In this document: positions 40,023 through 48,304 of the stretch, in pieces
How positions within the stretch are numbered: the stretch's first letter is position 1
Layout of the letters: every line of letters begins with the position of its first letter
Assembly: GCA_965116475.1 (NCBI GenBank)
Contig: OZ220691.1
Span: 1,728,001 to 1,792,000 of the forward strand
From: Gemmatimonadota bacterium
GTDB taxonomy: Bacteria > Gemmatimonadota > Gemmatimonadetes > Palauibacterales > Palauibacteraceae
Direction: 5' to 3'
DNA: 64,000 nt
The notes under the pieces: generated by a model
Database searches by the model: none
Seen by the model: the letters and a program-made list of their open reading frames with translations, nothing else
What the model was told of the DNA's origin: nothing
Position numbers and translations under genes: made by a program

Positions 40023-40796
40023 CTACGAGCCCCCGTGCCGAGCGATCAGTTCGCGAGCCAGGCTGAGGTATCCGCGTGCCCCACTCGACAGGACGTCGTA
40101 AAGCGCGATCGGCTCTCCAAAACTCGGGGCCTCGGCAAGCCGAATGTTCCTCGGGATCATCGTATCGAAGACCTTGCCTCCGAAGTACTCACGCGCCTCG
40201 GCGGCCACCTGTTTCGCGAGGTTGAGGCGTGAATCGTACATCGTCAGCAGCACGCCCTCGATCTCGAGTCCCGGGTTGATGTTGCGTTGCACCAGCCGCA
40301 CGGTGTTCAAGAGCTGGCTAAGCCCTTCCAGCGCGTAGAACTCACACTGGATCGGGATGAGCACGGCGTCCGCGGCGGCCAGTGCGTTCAGCGTGAGGAG
40401 CCCGAGGGACGGCGGTGAGTCGATCAGGATATACTCGAATTCATCCCGCAACGCTTCGATCTTCCGGCCGAGGATTCGCTGGCGGTCCGATCGCTCGATC
40501 AATTCCACTTCGGCGCCGGTCAGATCCCGGCTCGCGGACACCACGGACAGACACGGGAAGTGAACCTCCGGCCGCACCGCTGCCTGAAGGGGTTGTCCGT
40601 TTACGAGGCAGTCGTACACGCTGGGGACGTCTCCGTCCTTGCGCAGTCCGAACCCGGACGTCGCGTTGCCCTGCGGGTCGCAATCGATGACGAGCGTATC
40701 GCGCTCCGCGATCGCCAGCGAGGCACCGAGGTTGATCGCCGTGGTGGTCTTGCCGACCCCGCCCTTCTGGTTTGCAATCGCGATCACCCGACCCAA
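40023..40796 (-). CDS. parA: Chromosome partitioning ATPase ParA/Soj
   Basis: NQKGGVGKTT, DPQGNAT, DSPPSLG, QCEFYALEG, EAPSFG; TTG start. Confidence 0.95.
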   Translation of the reverse strand: MGRVIAIANQKGGVGKTTTAINLGASLAIAERDTLVIDCDPQGNATSGFGLRKDGDVPSVYDCLVNGQPLQAAVRPEVHFPCLSVVSASRDLTGAEVELIERSDRQRILGRKIEALRDEFEYILIDSPPSLGLLTLNALAAADAVLIPIQCEFYALEGLSQLLNTVRLVQRNINPGLEIEGVLLTMYDSRLNLAKQVAAEAREYFGGKVFDTMIPRNIRLAEAPSFGEPIALYDVLSSGARGYLSLARELIARHGGS

Positions 40797-41085
40797 GACA
40801 ATCCACCCCTCGCTGATCGCCGCACGCGGCGGCATGAACGGACGCGCACTTGTAAGCGTATGCTCAGCAACGAACTGGTACCGTGACGACCGAGCGCGGC
40901 ATGTGGGATCGTCGGCCGCCGAGCGGCATCTCCCGCGGAGACATCCGAAAATATACGGCGCTCTCGTGGCGCGGGCGACCTGGGCGGCGCGTCGGAATCC
41001 GCGATCCCCACCGAGGGCCTCACCGCTCTCGGCGTCGACGGGAGGGATCCCTGTCGCGGCTGCCGGGTCCGATCCGCGGACCCCG

Positions 41086-41101
41086 TGTTTCACGTGAAAC
41101 A
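41086..41101. promoter_or_regulatory. parS site 1
   Basis: TGTTTCACGTGAAACA, a perfect consensus palindrome. Confidence 0.95.
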
Positions 41102-41154
41102 TGCGATCACGATCGTACCGAGCCAGAACCGGCGCAGGGGGTGAGCAGACGAGA

Positions 41155-41170
41155 CGTTTCACGTGAAACG
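41155..41170. promoter_or_regulatory. parS site 2
   Basis: CGTTTCACGTGAAACG palindrome. Confidence 0.92.
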
Positions 41171-41190
41171 ATCGCTCGACCTCTCGCCTC

Positions 41191-42006
41191 TTGCAGGTAC
41201 GTACGCCGGGGAAGAGCTTCGTCCACTACACCTGCTTCGGGAGGCCGACGATCTCCACCACGATCCCCACCACGATCCCCACCACCGACCGGCTCATCCT
41301 CGCGCTGGACGTTCCAACCGCTTCGGAAGCGCGGAAGATCGTCGATGCGCTGGCCGATACCGTTTCCTTCTACAAAATCGGACTGGAACTCTTCCTCTCC
41401 GGGGGATACTTCGAGCTGGCCGACTGGCTTCGCTCCAGGGACAAGAAGGTGTTTGCCGACCTGAAGCTCTTCGATGTCCCGCAGACCGTCCGCTCGGCGG
41501 TCCGGCAACTCCGAACCCGCGACGTGGATTTCGTCACGGTGCACGGTAACGACGCGATCCTCCGTGCCGCCTGCGACGCCGCTGCGGGGGATCTCGGTAT
41601 TCTGGCCGTGACCGTGCTCACGAGTCTCGACCGGGCGGACATGGAAGACCTCGGCTTTGAAGCCGACATTGGGGCCGTCGTCCTCTCCCGAGCCCGTCGG
41701 GCGGAGAAGATCGGCTGCGCCGGCGTCATCAGTTCGGGCCGCGAGGCCGCGCGCGTTCGCTCCGCGGTGTCGCGCGGGTTTCGTATCGTCGTGCCCGGCA
41801 TCCGGGCGGCGATGGAGGCCGGTACGGACGACCAGAAGCGGACCGTCGATGTGGAGTCCGCGTTCGAGGCCGGAGCCGACTACATCGTCATGGGACGACC
41901 CATACGAAACGCTCCCGATCCGGCTCGGGCGGCCGCCTCCATTCAGGACAGAATCGCCGCCTGGTTTCGACACCCCGCCCACGATCGGGAGCACACAGGC
42001 GAATAG
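41191..42006 (+). CDS. pyrF: Orotidine 5'-phosphate decarboxylase (start uncertain)
   Basis: LILALD, YKIG, DLKLFDVP.TV, VTVLTS, VPGIR, DDQKR, VMGRPI. Confidence 0.92.
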   Translation: MQVRTPGKSFVHYTCFGRPTISTTIPTTIPTTDRLILALDVPTASEARKIVDALADTVSFYKIGLELFLSGGYFELADWLRSRDKKVFADLKLFDVPQTVRSAVRQLRTRDVDFVTVHGNDAILRAACDAAAGDLGILAVTVLTSLDRADMEDLGFEADIGAVVLSRARRAEKIGCAGVISSGREAARVRSAVSRGFRIVVPGIRAAMEAGTDDQKRTVDVESAFEAGADYIVMGRPIRNAPDPARAAASIQDRIAAWFRHPAHDREHTGE

Positions 42007-42217
42007 TCCGTAAATCATTATACGTCATAGTGTTATGGTCATTCGCCGCCGCTCGGGCGGACCGGTGTCTCCGCGCTCCCTTGACGCGGCGTTGAGACCC
42101 GGTGGCGATACTCCTTCGGGTTCGCTTTCGCCACCGCCCCTGAAGCACGGGGCACCTTTTCTTCGTATGGGGGTACGTCTACGAGCACCCAGTCTTGCCC
42201 ACCGGAGCCGTGATGCA

Positions 42218-43015
42218 ATGATAGAGCTTCCCGATGTTGAGCGGATGATCGAGCGCATTGCCGGTTACACAACCGGCAAAACGATCTCCATAATCCGGAT
42301 CGACGATCCGGATGTCGCGTCACTTGAGCGCGATATCGTAGAGAACCACCTTGAGAACCATGCCGTGGATTCCGTTGAACGCCACGGTCGCTACGTCGTT
42401 CTCCGCTTTCGTTCCGATTACAGCCTCATGTTCGACATGGGCGATGACGGTCTCTTGCGCCTCGAATCGCAGACCGCGCCTCCGACCGACCGCACGCGTA
42501 TACGGTTTCAGTTTGCGGCCGGCAGGGAGCTACGGTTTTCCTCGTCGGGCTCCGAGGGGACGGTCCAGGCCGTGGCGGGGAGCGAGTTCAACGAGAAGGG
42601 GTCGCTCCAGAGCCTCGGGGTGGACCCGCTCAGCGATGACCTGACGCTGGAGCGTTTCGAGGCGCTTGCGGAGGGGAATGCCCGCTCCAGCATCAAGGGC
42701 TTTCTCCTGAACCAGAAGGCGATTGCGGGGATCGGCAACGACTATGCGGACGAAATCTGCTTCCAGGCGGGCGTACGTCCCGACCTGCGGGTCGGTCAAC
42801 TGGAGCCGGAGCAGCTCGATCGGCTTCACCGCTACCTGAGGCGGGTTCTGAGGCGGGCCACGCTTCACTGGAGCGCCGCCCATTCCGATCCGGGGTGGCT
42901 GATCAACTCACGCTCTTCGGGCGGCGCCTGCCCGCGGTGCCGGCATGCGTTGACCTCGCTCCGTGTGACCGGCCGGAAGACCGTGCTCTGCCCGAGGTGT
43001 CAGCGCGCCGCTTGA
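42218..43015 (+). CDS. Fpg/Nei-family DNA glycosylase-like protein (atypical N-terminus)
   Basis: MIELPDVE, H2TH LLNQKAIAGIGNDYADE, C-terminal CPRC...CPRCQ zinc finger. Confidence 0.85.
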   Translation: MIELPDVERMIERIAGYTTGKTISIIRIDDPDVASLERDIVENHLENHAVDSVERHGRYVVLRFRSDYSLMFDMGDDGLLRLESQTAPPTDRTRIRFQFAAGRELRFSSSGSEGTVQAVAGSEFNEKGSLQSLGVDPLSDDLTLERFEALAEGNARSSIKGFLLNQKAIAGIGNDYADEICFQAGVRPDLRVGQLEPEQLDRLHRYLRRVLRRATLHWSAAHSDPGWLINSRSSGGACPRCRHALTSLRVTGRKTVLCPRCQRAA

Positions 43016-43029
43016 AGGTCCCGCGCAGC

Positions 43030-43896
43030 GTGGACGGCGTCCGGGCCGCGCGTCTCCGGACGGTACACCGGCGCGGCCTCGTGCTCTGCTTCCTCCTCGT
43101 GGCGGTGTCCGTCACGGCGGTACGCCCTCTCGTCGCGCAGGCAAGCGGCATTGCCGGAAACGGAATCCGGGACCGGAACGGTCATCCCTTCCGCACACCC
43201 GCGGGTTCCCCTCTCGAGCCCGTACATCGTCTCGCGCTGTTGAGCGCGGCGCGCGACTCCCTCCGCGACGGCATTGCCCTCGCCGACATCGGCGACCGCC
43301 TCGGGTTCTGGATCCGGCGCGATCCGGGCGGGCAGGTTGAATACGCCGGAGCGATTCACGGAGGGGCGTTTTCCCGCTTCGATCTCGGAGGGCCCGATCA
43401 GGCCCTCATCGAAGTGCATTACCGAGTGGGCGCTCTGCTTCGCGCGCGGTTCGGGGAGGTCGCGGCTCGCGCCGAACTCTATCATCTGAGTTCGCATCTC
43501 GGCGACGAGTTCCTCCTGGAGACCGGGACCCGTCCCATCAGCACGAGCCGCGAGGGGCTGGAAGTCATGCTCCAGGGATCTCCGGTATCGGGCCTCACCG
43601 TCTACGGAGGTCCCGGAGTGCTGCTGCGCGCCACGCCCGACTTCGAGCCCCTTTCGCTGCGCGCGGGCGCCGCCTGGGAGTCCGCGCCGGGTGCCCGGGC
43701 GCGTTTCAACGCATCCGTCGACTACTTCGGCTGGGCGGAACTGGGATGGGAACCCGCCATCGCGGCGGAACTCGGGGTCGGGCTGGCTCAGGGGACGCGA
43801 GTCGGATTGCTCCTCGGCTTCGGTCCGTCGCGCGCGGAGCAGTTCTTCCGGCAGTCCGAGCGCCTGGTCGGGTTTTCCGTCTCCCACGTGCGGTGA
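43030..43896 (+). CDS. DUF1207-like outer-membrane protein
   Basis: Signal-like N-terminus, YHLSSHLGDEF motif, beta-strand pattern; start approximate. Confidence 0.65.
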   Translation: MDGVRAARLRTVHRRGLVLCFLLVAVSVTAVRPLVAQASGIAGNGIRDRNGHPFRTPAGSPLEPVHRLALLSAARDSLRDGIALADIGDRLGFWIRRDPGGQVEYAGAIHGGAFSRFDLGGPDQALIEVHYRVGALLRARFGEVAARAELYHLSSHLGDEFLLETGTRPISTSREGLEVMLQGSPVSGLTVYGGPGVLLRATPDFEPLSLRAGAAWESAPGARARFNASVDYFGWAELGWEPAIAAELGVGLAQGTRVGLLLGFGPSRAEQFFRQSERLVGFSVSHVR

Positions 43897-43926
43897 CGGC
43901 ACGCCGCGTGGCGTGCCCGCGGACCG

Positions 43927-45648
43927 CTATTCCTTCTTCCGGGAGGGCGGTGGCTGTGCCTTCCTGCGTTCCCGTGAGAGGTACATCTGCTGCGGCAGCG
44001 ACATGATGTTGGAGGCCGTGTAGTACAGGTTCAAACCCGCCGCGAAGTTGGCAAAGAAGAAGGTGAAGACGACCGGCAGCGCGTAGGAGATCATCTTCAT
44101 CTGCGCGTTCGTCTGCATGCCGCGCTGCGTGATCCAGTTCAGCAGCAGCATCGATCCGCCCATCAGGGCGGGCACGATGAAGAGCGGATCCCTCAGCGAG
44201 AGATCCGGCAGCCACAGGAAGGGCACGCCGCGGAACTCGATCGTGTTCTGGAACACGAAGAACAGGGTGATCAGGATCGGGAGAGGCAGGAACATGGGCA
44301 GACAGCCGCCCAGGGGGTTGACCCCGTGTTCCCGAAAGAGCTTCACCTGTTCCTGCTGCAGGCGCTGCGCGTCGCCCTTGTACCGCTCCTGAAGCTTCTT
44401 GATCTCCGGCTGCAGTGCCATCTGCTTCATCTGCGCGCGCCCCGAGATGTGGAACAGCGGCGACAGGATGATCCGCGACGCCACGCCGAACAGGACCAGG
44501 ACCCAGCCGTATGCCAGCGAGAACGACTCGTGCATCCAGATCAGGATCGCGACGATCAGGTTCCCGAACGGCCGGATGAACCACCGGAGCCAGCGCCAGC
44601 CGACGGGGTTCACGTTGTGAAGTTCCTGTCCCATGGCCTGCAGCCGCGCGAAGTCCTGCGGCCCGATGTACGCCGCGTATTCGAAGCCGGCGCTTCCGGC
44701 GGGCACCGGCAGCGACGCCTGCATCTCCGCCGCGTCCTCCTCCGGCACGCCGCGCAGCATCACGCCCCCGATGCCCGGGCCCTCCGGCGGCACGACGACG
44801 GCGGCCAGCCAGTACTTCGATTTCGATGCGGCCCAACTGAAAGGCGCGCCGGTGGCCGGCCGCATCTCGCCGGTATCCACCCGGTCCAGTCGCTCGGCCG
44901 CGATCTGCCCGGAGCGGCTCCGCGTGACGAGCGACATCGCAGCCCTGTCCTCCCGGGGCACGGCCTCGTTTCGCTCGATCCCGCGTCCGAGCCCCACGAG
45001 GACGACGTGCCCCACGTCCCCCAGCCCGCGCAGCCCGCCGCTCACGTCGATCCGGTAGTCGTCCGGGCGGAAGCGATACGAGACGTCGAAGGTGACCTCG
45101 CCGATCGCGGCCTCGAAACGCAGTTCCGCCGGCCCATCCCGCACATCGAGCGTGGACGTGGACGCGGTGAATGCAATCGAGCCGAGCGAGACCGTGTCGC
45201 CACGCAGCGTCAGCGCGTACGCAAGGATCGAATCGTCGGGCCGCACCAGTTCGACGTTCGGGCCGCCATGTCCGCCTTCGGCGTAGTTCCGGTGCGCGAG
45301 CATCGTCGCGCCCACGAGTCGCGCCCCCCTCGTGTCGAACCGGTACTCGTACAGGTCCGATCGGACCGTGACGATCGAGCCCTCCGGGGCCGGAGAGGCG
45401 GCTGCGTCCGTCTCGTCCCCGACCGCGGGTGTCTCCTCCACTTCCGCCAGGACCTCCGCCACCTCCCGAGCCGCCCTCTCCTCGGCGGAAAGACGGCTCA
45501 ATTCGTCGGCCGCGTCGGTCGTTTCCGGCGTCTCGACGCTGTCGGACGACACGGGCTCCAGCGGCCTTTCGGTCGGCGGGAAGAGCACGTTCGAGAGGAT
45601 CATCACGCCGACCATCAGCCCGATGGCCAGCAGCAGACGGCGTTCCAT
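43927..45648 (-). CDS. yidC: Membrane protein insertase YidC
   Basis: YIGP, LQPEIKKLQERYK, VNPLGGCLP, FLWLPDLS..DP, GLNLYY. Confidence 0.96.
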   Translation of the reverse strand: MERRLLLAIGLMVGVMILSNVLFPPTERPLEPVSSDSVETPETTDAADELSRLSAEERAAREVAEVLAEVEETPAVGDETDAAASPAPEGSIVTVRSDLYEYRFDTRGARLVGATMLAHRNYAEGGHGGPNVELVRPDDSILAYALTLRGDTVSLGSIAFTASTSTLDVRDGPAELRFEAAIGEVTFDVSYRFRPDDYRIDVSGGLRGLGDVGHVVLVGLGRGIERNEAVPREDRAAMSLVTRSRSGQIAAERLDRVDTGEMRPATGAPFSWAASKSKYWLAAVVVPPEGPGIGGVMLRGVPEEDAAEMQASLPVPAGSAGFEYAAYIGPQDFARLQAMGQELHNVNPVGWRWLRWFIRPFGNLIVAILIWMHESFSLAYGWVLVLFGVASRIILSPLFHISGRAQMKQMALQPEIKKLQERYKGDAQRLQQEQVKLFREHGVNPLGGCLPMFLPLPILITLFFVFQNTIEFRGVPFLWLPDLSLRDPLFIVPALMGGSMLLLNWITQRGMQTNAQMKMISYALPVVFTFFFANFAAGLNLYYTASNIMSLPQQMYLSRERRKAQPPPSRKKE

Positions 45649-45870
45649 TCAGCGCTCCCGGGAGGGAACCGGGTCGTAGCCGCACGACCCGAGGGGATGA
45701 CAGCGAAGAAGGCGCCGCACGCACAGCCAGGCCCCCCGGGCGGCGCCGAATCGCCGCACCGCGGTCAGGGCGTATTCCGAGCAACTCGGTTCGTACCTGC
45801 AGGCGGGCGGCAACCAGGGAGACACGACCAGCTGGTAGCCGCGAATCGCCCCGATGATCATTCTGCGCAT
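45649..45870 (-). CDS. yidD: Membrane protein insertion efficiency factor YidD
   Basis: CRYEPSCSEY, RCHP, GYDPVP. Confidence 0.93.
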   Translation of the reverse strand: MRRMIIGAIRGYQLVVSPWLPPACRYEPSCSEYALTAVRRFGAARGAWLCVRRLLRCHPLGSCGYDPVPSRER

Positions 45871-46262
45871 ACGGTCTCCAGCGAGTCCATCAATGTCACT
45901 CGAAGCCTCTGGTACGAGGCGTCGTAGGCGGCCGGTTTCGCTCTCACGACCAGGTCGAGTTCGAGCCGGCGGGCTTCAAGGGCAGGTAAAACGTGGACGC
46001 GGGCGATCTCGGTCAGCCGGCGGCGCACGAGGTTTCGCGCGACCGCACTGCGCCCATGGCGAGGCGTCACGACTCCGACTCTGGAGCGGCCCGAGGGCGA
46101 CGCGGCGAAGAACACGTCCACGATGCGGCCCCGGCGGCAACGGCCCGCGCGGATGGTTCGGCGAATCTCGCGTGCCGTGCGCAGCCGAGCCGCGCGAGGC
46201 CGTCGAAAGCCCTCCGGCGGACGCCCGCTAGCGGCTTCGTCGCTTGCGACGGAACGCGTCAC
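45858..46262 (-). CDS. rnpA: Ribonuclease P protein component
   Basis: [11 protein letters not shown] (RNR-like) motif; synteny rpmH-rnpA-yidD-yidC. Confidence 0.88.
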   Translation of the reverse strand: MTRSVASDEAASGRPPEGFRRPRAARLRTAREIRRTIRAGRCRRGRIVDVFFAASPSGRSRVGVVTPRHGRSAVARNLVRRRLTEIARVHVLPALEARRLELDLVVRAKPAAYDASYQRLRVTLMDSLETVCAE

Positions 46263-46401
46263 TGACGGTGAGCCGACGTCGACCCTTCCTTCTGCGGCGC
46301 GACAGCGTGCGTCGGCCCGCCTTCGTCTTCATGCGCGCCCGGAATCCATGGTCGCGAACGCGCTTCCTGTTGGTTGGCTTGCTGTATGTGGGCTTTCCCA
46401 T
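46228..46401 (-). CDS. rpmH: 50S ribosomal protein L34 (57 aa; absent from ORF track)
   Basis: Manual translation [57 protein letters not shown]. Confidence 0.95.
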   Translation of the reverse strand: MGKPTYSKPTNRKRVRDHGFRARMKTKAGRRTLSRRRRKGRRRLTVSDAFRRKRRSR

Positions 46402-46457
46402 CTCACATCACCCGAGGCTTTCCGGTCATCTCACAGGCTTTTCGAGGCCAGCCCGGA

Positions 46458-46486
46458 AGTCTAGACCTGATGCGAGATAGTGTCAA
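46458..46486 (-). promoter_or_regulatory. Putative sigma70 promoter for rpmH operon
   Basis: TTGACA-17 nt-TAGACT on the minus strand. Confidence 0.7.
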
Positions 46487-46563
46487 TTCGGCCGCTCGTC
46501 ATCGAGCCCGGCGCCGCCTCCTGCCGCCGAGACGCGCGCGGTGTCGGGAAGCGCTTCCGTTCG

Positions 46564-46593
46564 TTGACACTCGCCGGCGGATTCGTCTAAGAT
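46564..46593 (+). promoter_or_regulatory. Putative sigma70 promoter for dnaA
   Basis: TTGACA-18 nt-TAAGAT. Confidence 0.7.
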
Positions 46594-46639
46594 CAGGACC
46601 CCTATCCCACCGTCTTTTTCTCATGCCAGCGCGTCACGG

Positions 46640-48022
46640 ATGGAGCTGACTGCACACGAGGCCTGGATCAAGATTCGCGCATCGGCGAAGCTCGTGCTCC
46701 CGGAGCAGACCTATCGCACCTGGCTCGGATCGACCGAGGCTATCTCCCTTTCCGACGACACGCTCGTCGTCTCCGCCCCCACGAGGTTCGCGGTCGAATG
46801 GGTCGAGGATAAGTACGGGACGCTCCTGAGGGACATCTCCGAGCGGGAACTCGGCGCCAGGCTTCGGCTCCGCTTCGAGCACCAGGGAGCCGAAGAGCGT
46901 CTCGACTTCCCCGAAATCACCGAACCCTACCCCGGCGACCCGGGTCACGCGCTGACCTCGCAGACGCCGAATCGCGGAGGCCTTCCGGCGGCCGCGGCGC
47001 TGAACGAACGCTACACCTTCGCGCGCTTCGTCATCGGCGGCAGCAACGAACTCGCCGCCGCGGCATCGGACCGCGTGGCCGCTGCGCCCGCGACCACCTA
47101 CAACCCGCTCTTCATCTGGGGCGGCACCGGCCTCGGCAAGACGCACCTGATGCACGCCATCGGAAACACGATTCTCGACCGGCTGCCGGACTGCCAGGTC
47201 GCCTACGTCCCCTCGGAGCAGTTCACCAACGAGATGATCGATGCGATCCGGACCGGGCAGACCGCCCTCTTCCGCGAGCGCTATCGCCGTATCGACGTGC
47301 TGCTCATCGATGACGTCCATTTCATCGCCAACAAGGAAGGGACGCAGGAGGAGTTCTTCCACACGTTCAACGCGCTCTACGACGCCAAGAAACAGATCGT
47401 CATCACGAGCGACCGTCCCCCGCAGGACATCCCCGGGCTCCAGGAACGTCTCGTTTCCCGCTTCGAGTGGGGTCTCGTCACCGACATTCAGCCCCCCGAC
47501 CTCGAGACGCGTTCCGCGATCCTGCGCAAGAAGGCCGATGAGGACGGGATCGAGATCGACGACGACGTCATCGAGTACGTGGCCCGGAGTCGGCGTACCT
47601 CCGTCCGGCAACTCGAGGGGGCCCTCATCAAGCTCCTCGCCTTCAGCTCGCTCACCCGGCGCGAAATCTCGCTCGACATGGCGCGCGACGCGCTGGGGCC
47701 CGAGGGCAACGAAGCCGACGAGCCGGTGATCGAAGTGTCTCCGGAAGAAGTCCGTGCCCGCATCGCCGCCTCCTGGGGCGTCTCCGTAGAGGCACTCGTG
47801 TCGAAGAGGCGGAACCGGACCGTGACGGTGCCCCGGCAGGTCGCGATGTACCTCATCAAGACACATCTCGATCTGCCCTATTCGGACATCGGCCACCTCT
47901 TCGGCGGCAGGAATCACTCGACCGTCATCCACTCCGTCAACAAGGTAGAGGCGGACATGGCGTCGGATCCCGCTCTTCGCGGCCGCGTCGGCCAGCTGCA
48001 GCACGAGCTGTTTCGAACCTGA
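46640..48022 (+). CDS. dnaA: Chromosomal replication initiator DnaA
   Basis: YNPLFIWGGTGLGKTHL, LLIDDVHF, QEEFFHTFN, SRFEWGL, RQVAMYL, GGRNHSTV. Confidence 0.97.
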   Translation: MELTAHEAWIKIRASAKLVLPEQTYRTWLGSTEAISLSDDTLVVSAPTRFAVEWVEDKYGTLLRDISERELGARLRLRFEHQGAEERLDFPEITEPYPGDPGHALTSQTPNRGGLPAAAALNERYTFARFVIGGSNELAAAASDRVAAAPATTYNPLFIWGGTGLGKTHLMHAIGNTILDRLPDCQVAYVPSEQFTNEMIDAIRTGQTALFRERYRRIDVLLIDDVHFIANKEGTQEEFFHTFNALYDAKKQIVITSDRPPQDIPGLQERLVSRFEWGLVTDIQPPDLETRSAILRKKADEDGIEIDDDVIEYVARSRRTSVRQLEGALIKLLAFSSLTRREISLDMARDALGPEGNEADEPVIEVSPEEVRARIAASWGVSVEALVSKRRNRTVTVPRQVAMYLIKTHLDLPYSDIGHLFGGRNHSTVIHSVNKVEADMASDPALRGRVGQLQHELFRT

Positions 48023-48304
48023 TGTCCCGCTCGTGCATTACCGTGTGCAAAAACGGACGAAGACCTGTGCCTCACGCACACCGGAGGGCACACCGTCTCC
48101 GTCGCGGCGTCGAGGTTTCGCCGAAGCTTCGACAACCGTGTCCGCGTGTCGACAGCGGCCGTAGCGTCCCAGGCCGCGGGAACCGTGGGGAACCGCTGAT
48201 TTTCGACACTTCGACAGGCTCTACTACTACTCCGTTGATACCTGTATCATACGCAACCGTAGAACCCACGGTGGAAAACCCGAACCGATACCGCCGGAGT
48301 TGAA
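48023..48304. other. Replication origin oriC (dnaA-dnaN spacer)
   Basis: TTTTCGACA-CTTCGACA-GGCT-CTACTACTACT (tandem box, GC linker, DnaA-trios) at 48200-48231; further degenerate boxes; parS nearby. Confidence 0.8.

Noticed and set aside
40797..41162. 122-aa N-terminal extension of ParA containing MFHVKH
   Set aside because: Artefact of translating the parS palindrome; ParA homology starts at TTG 40796.
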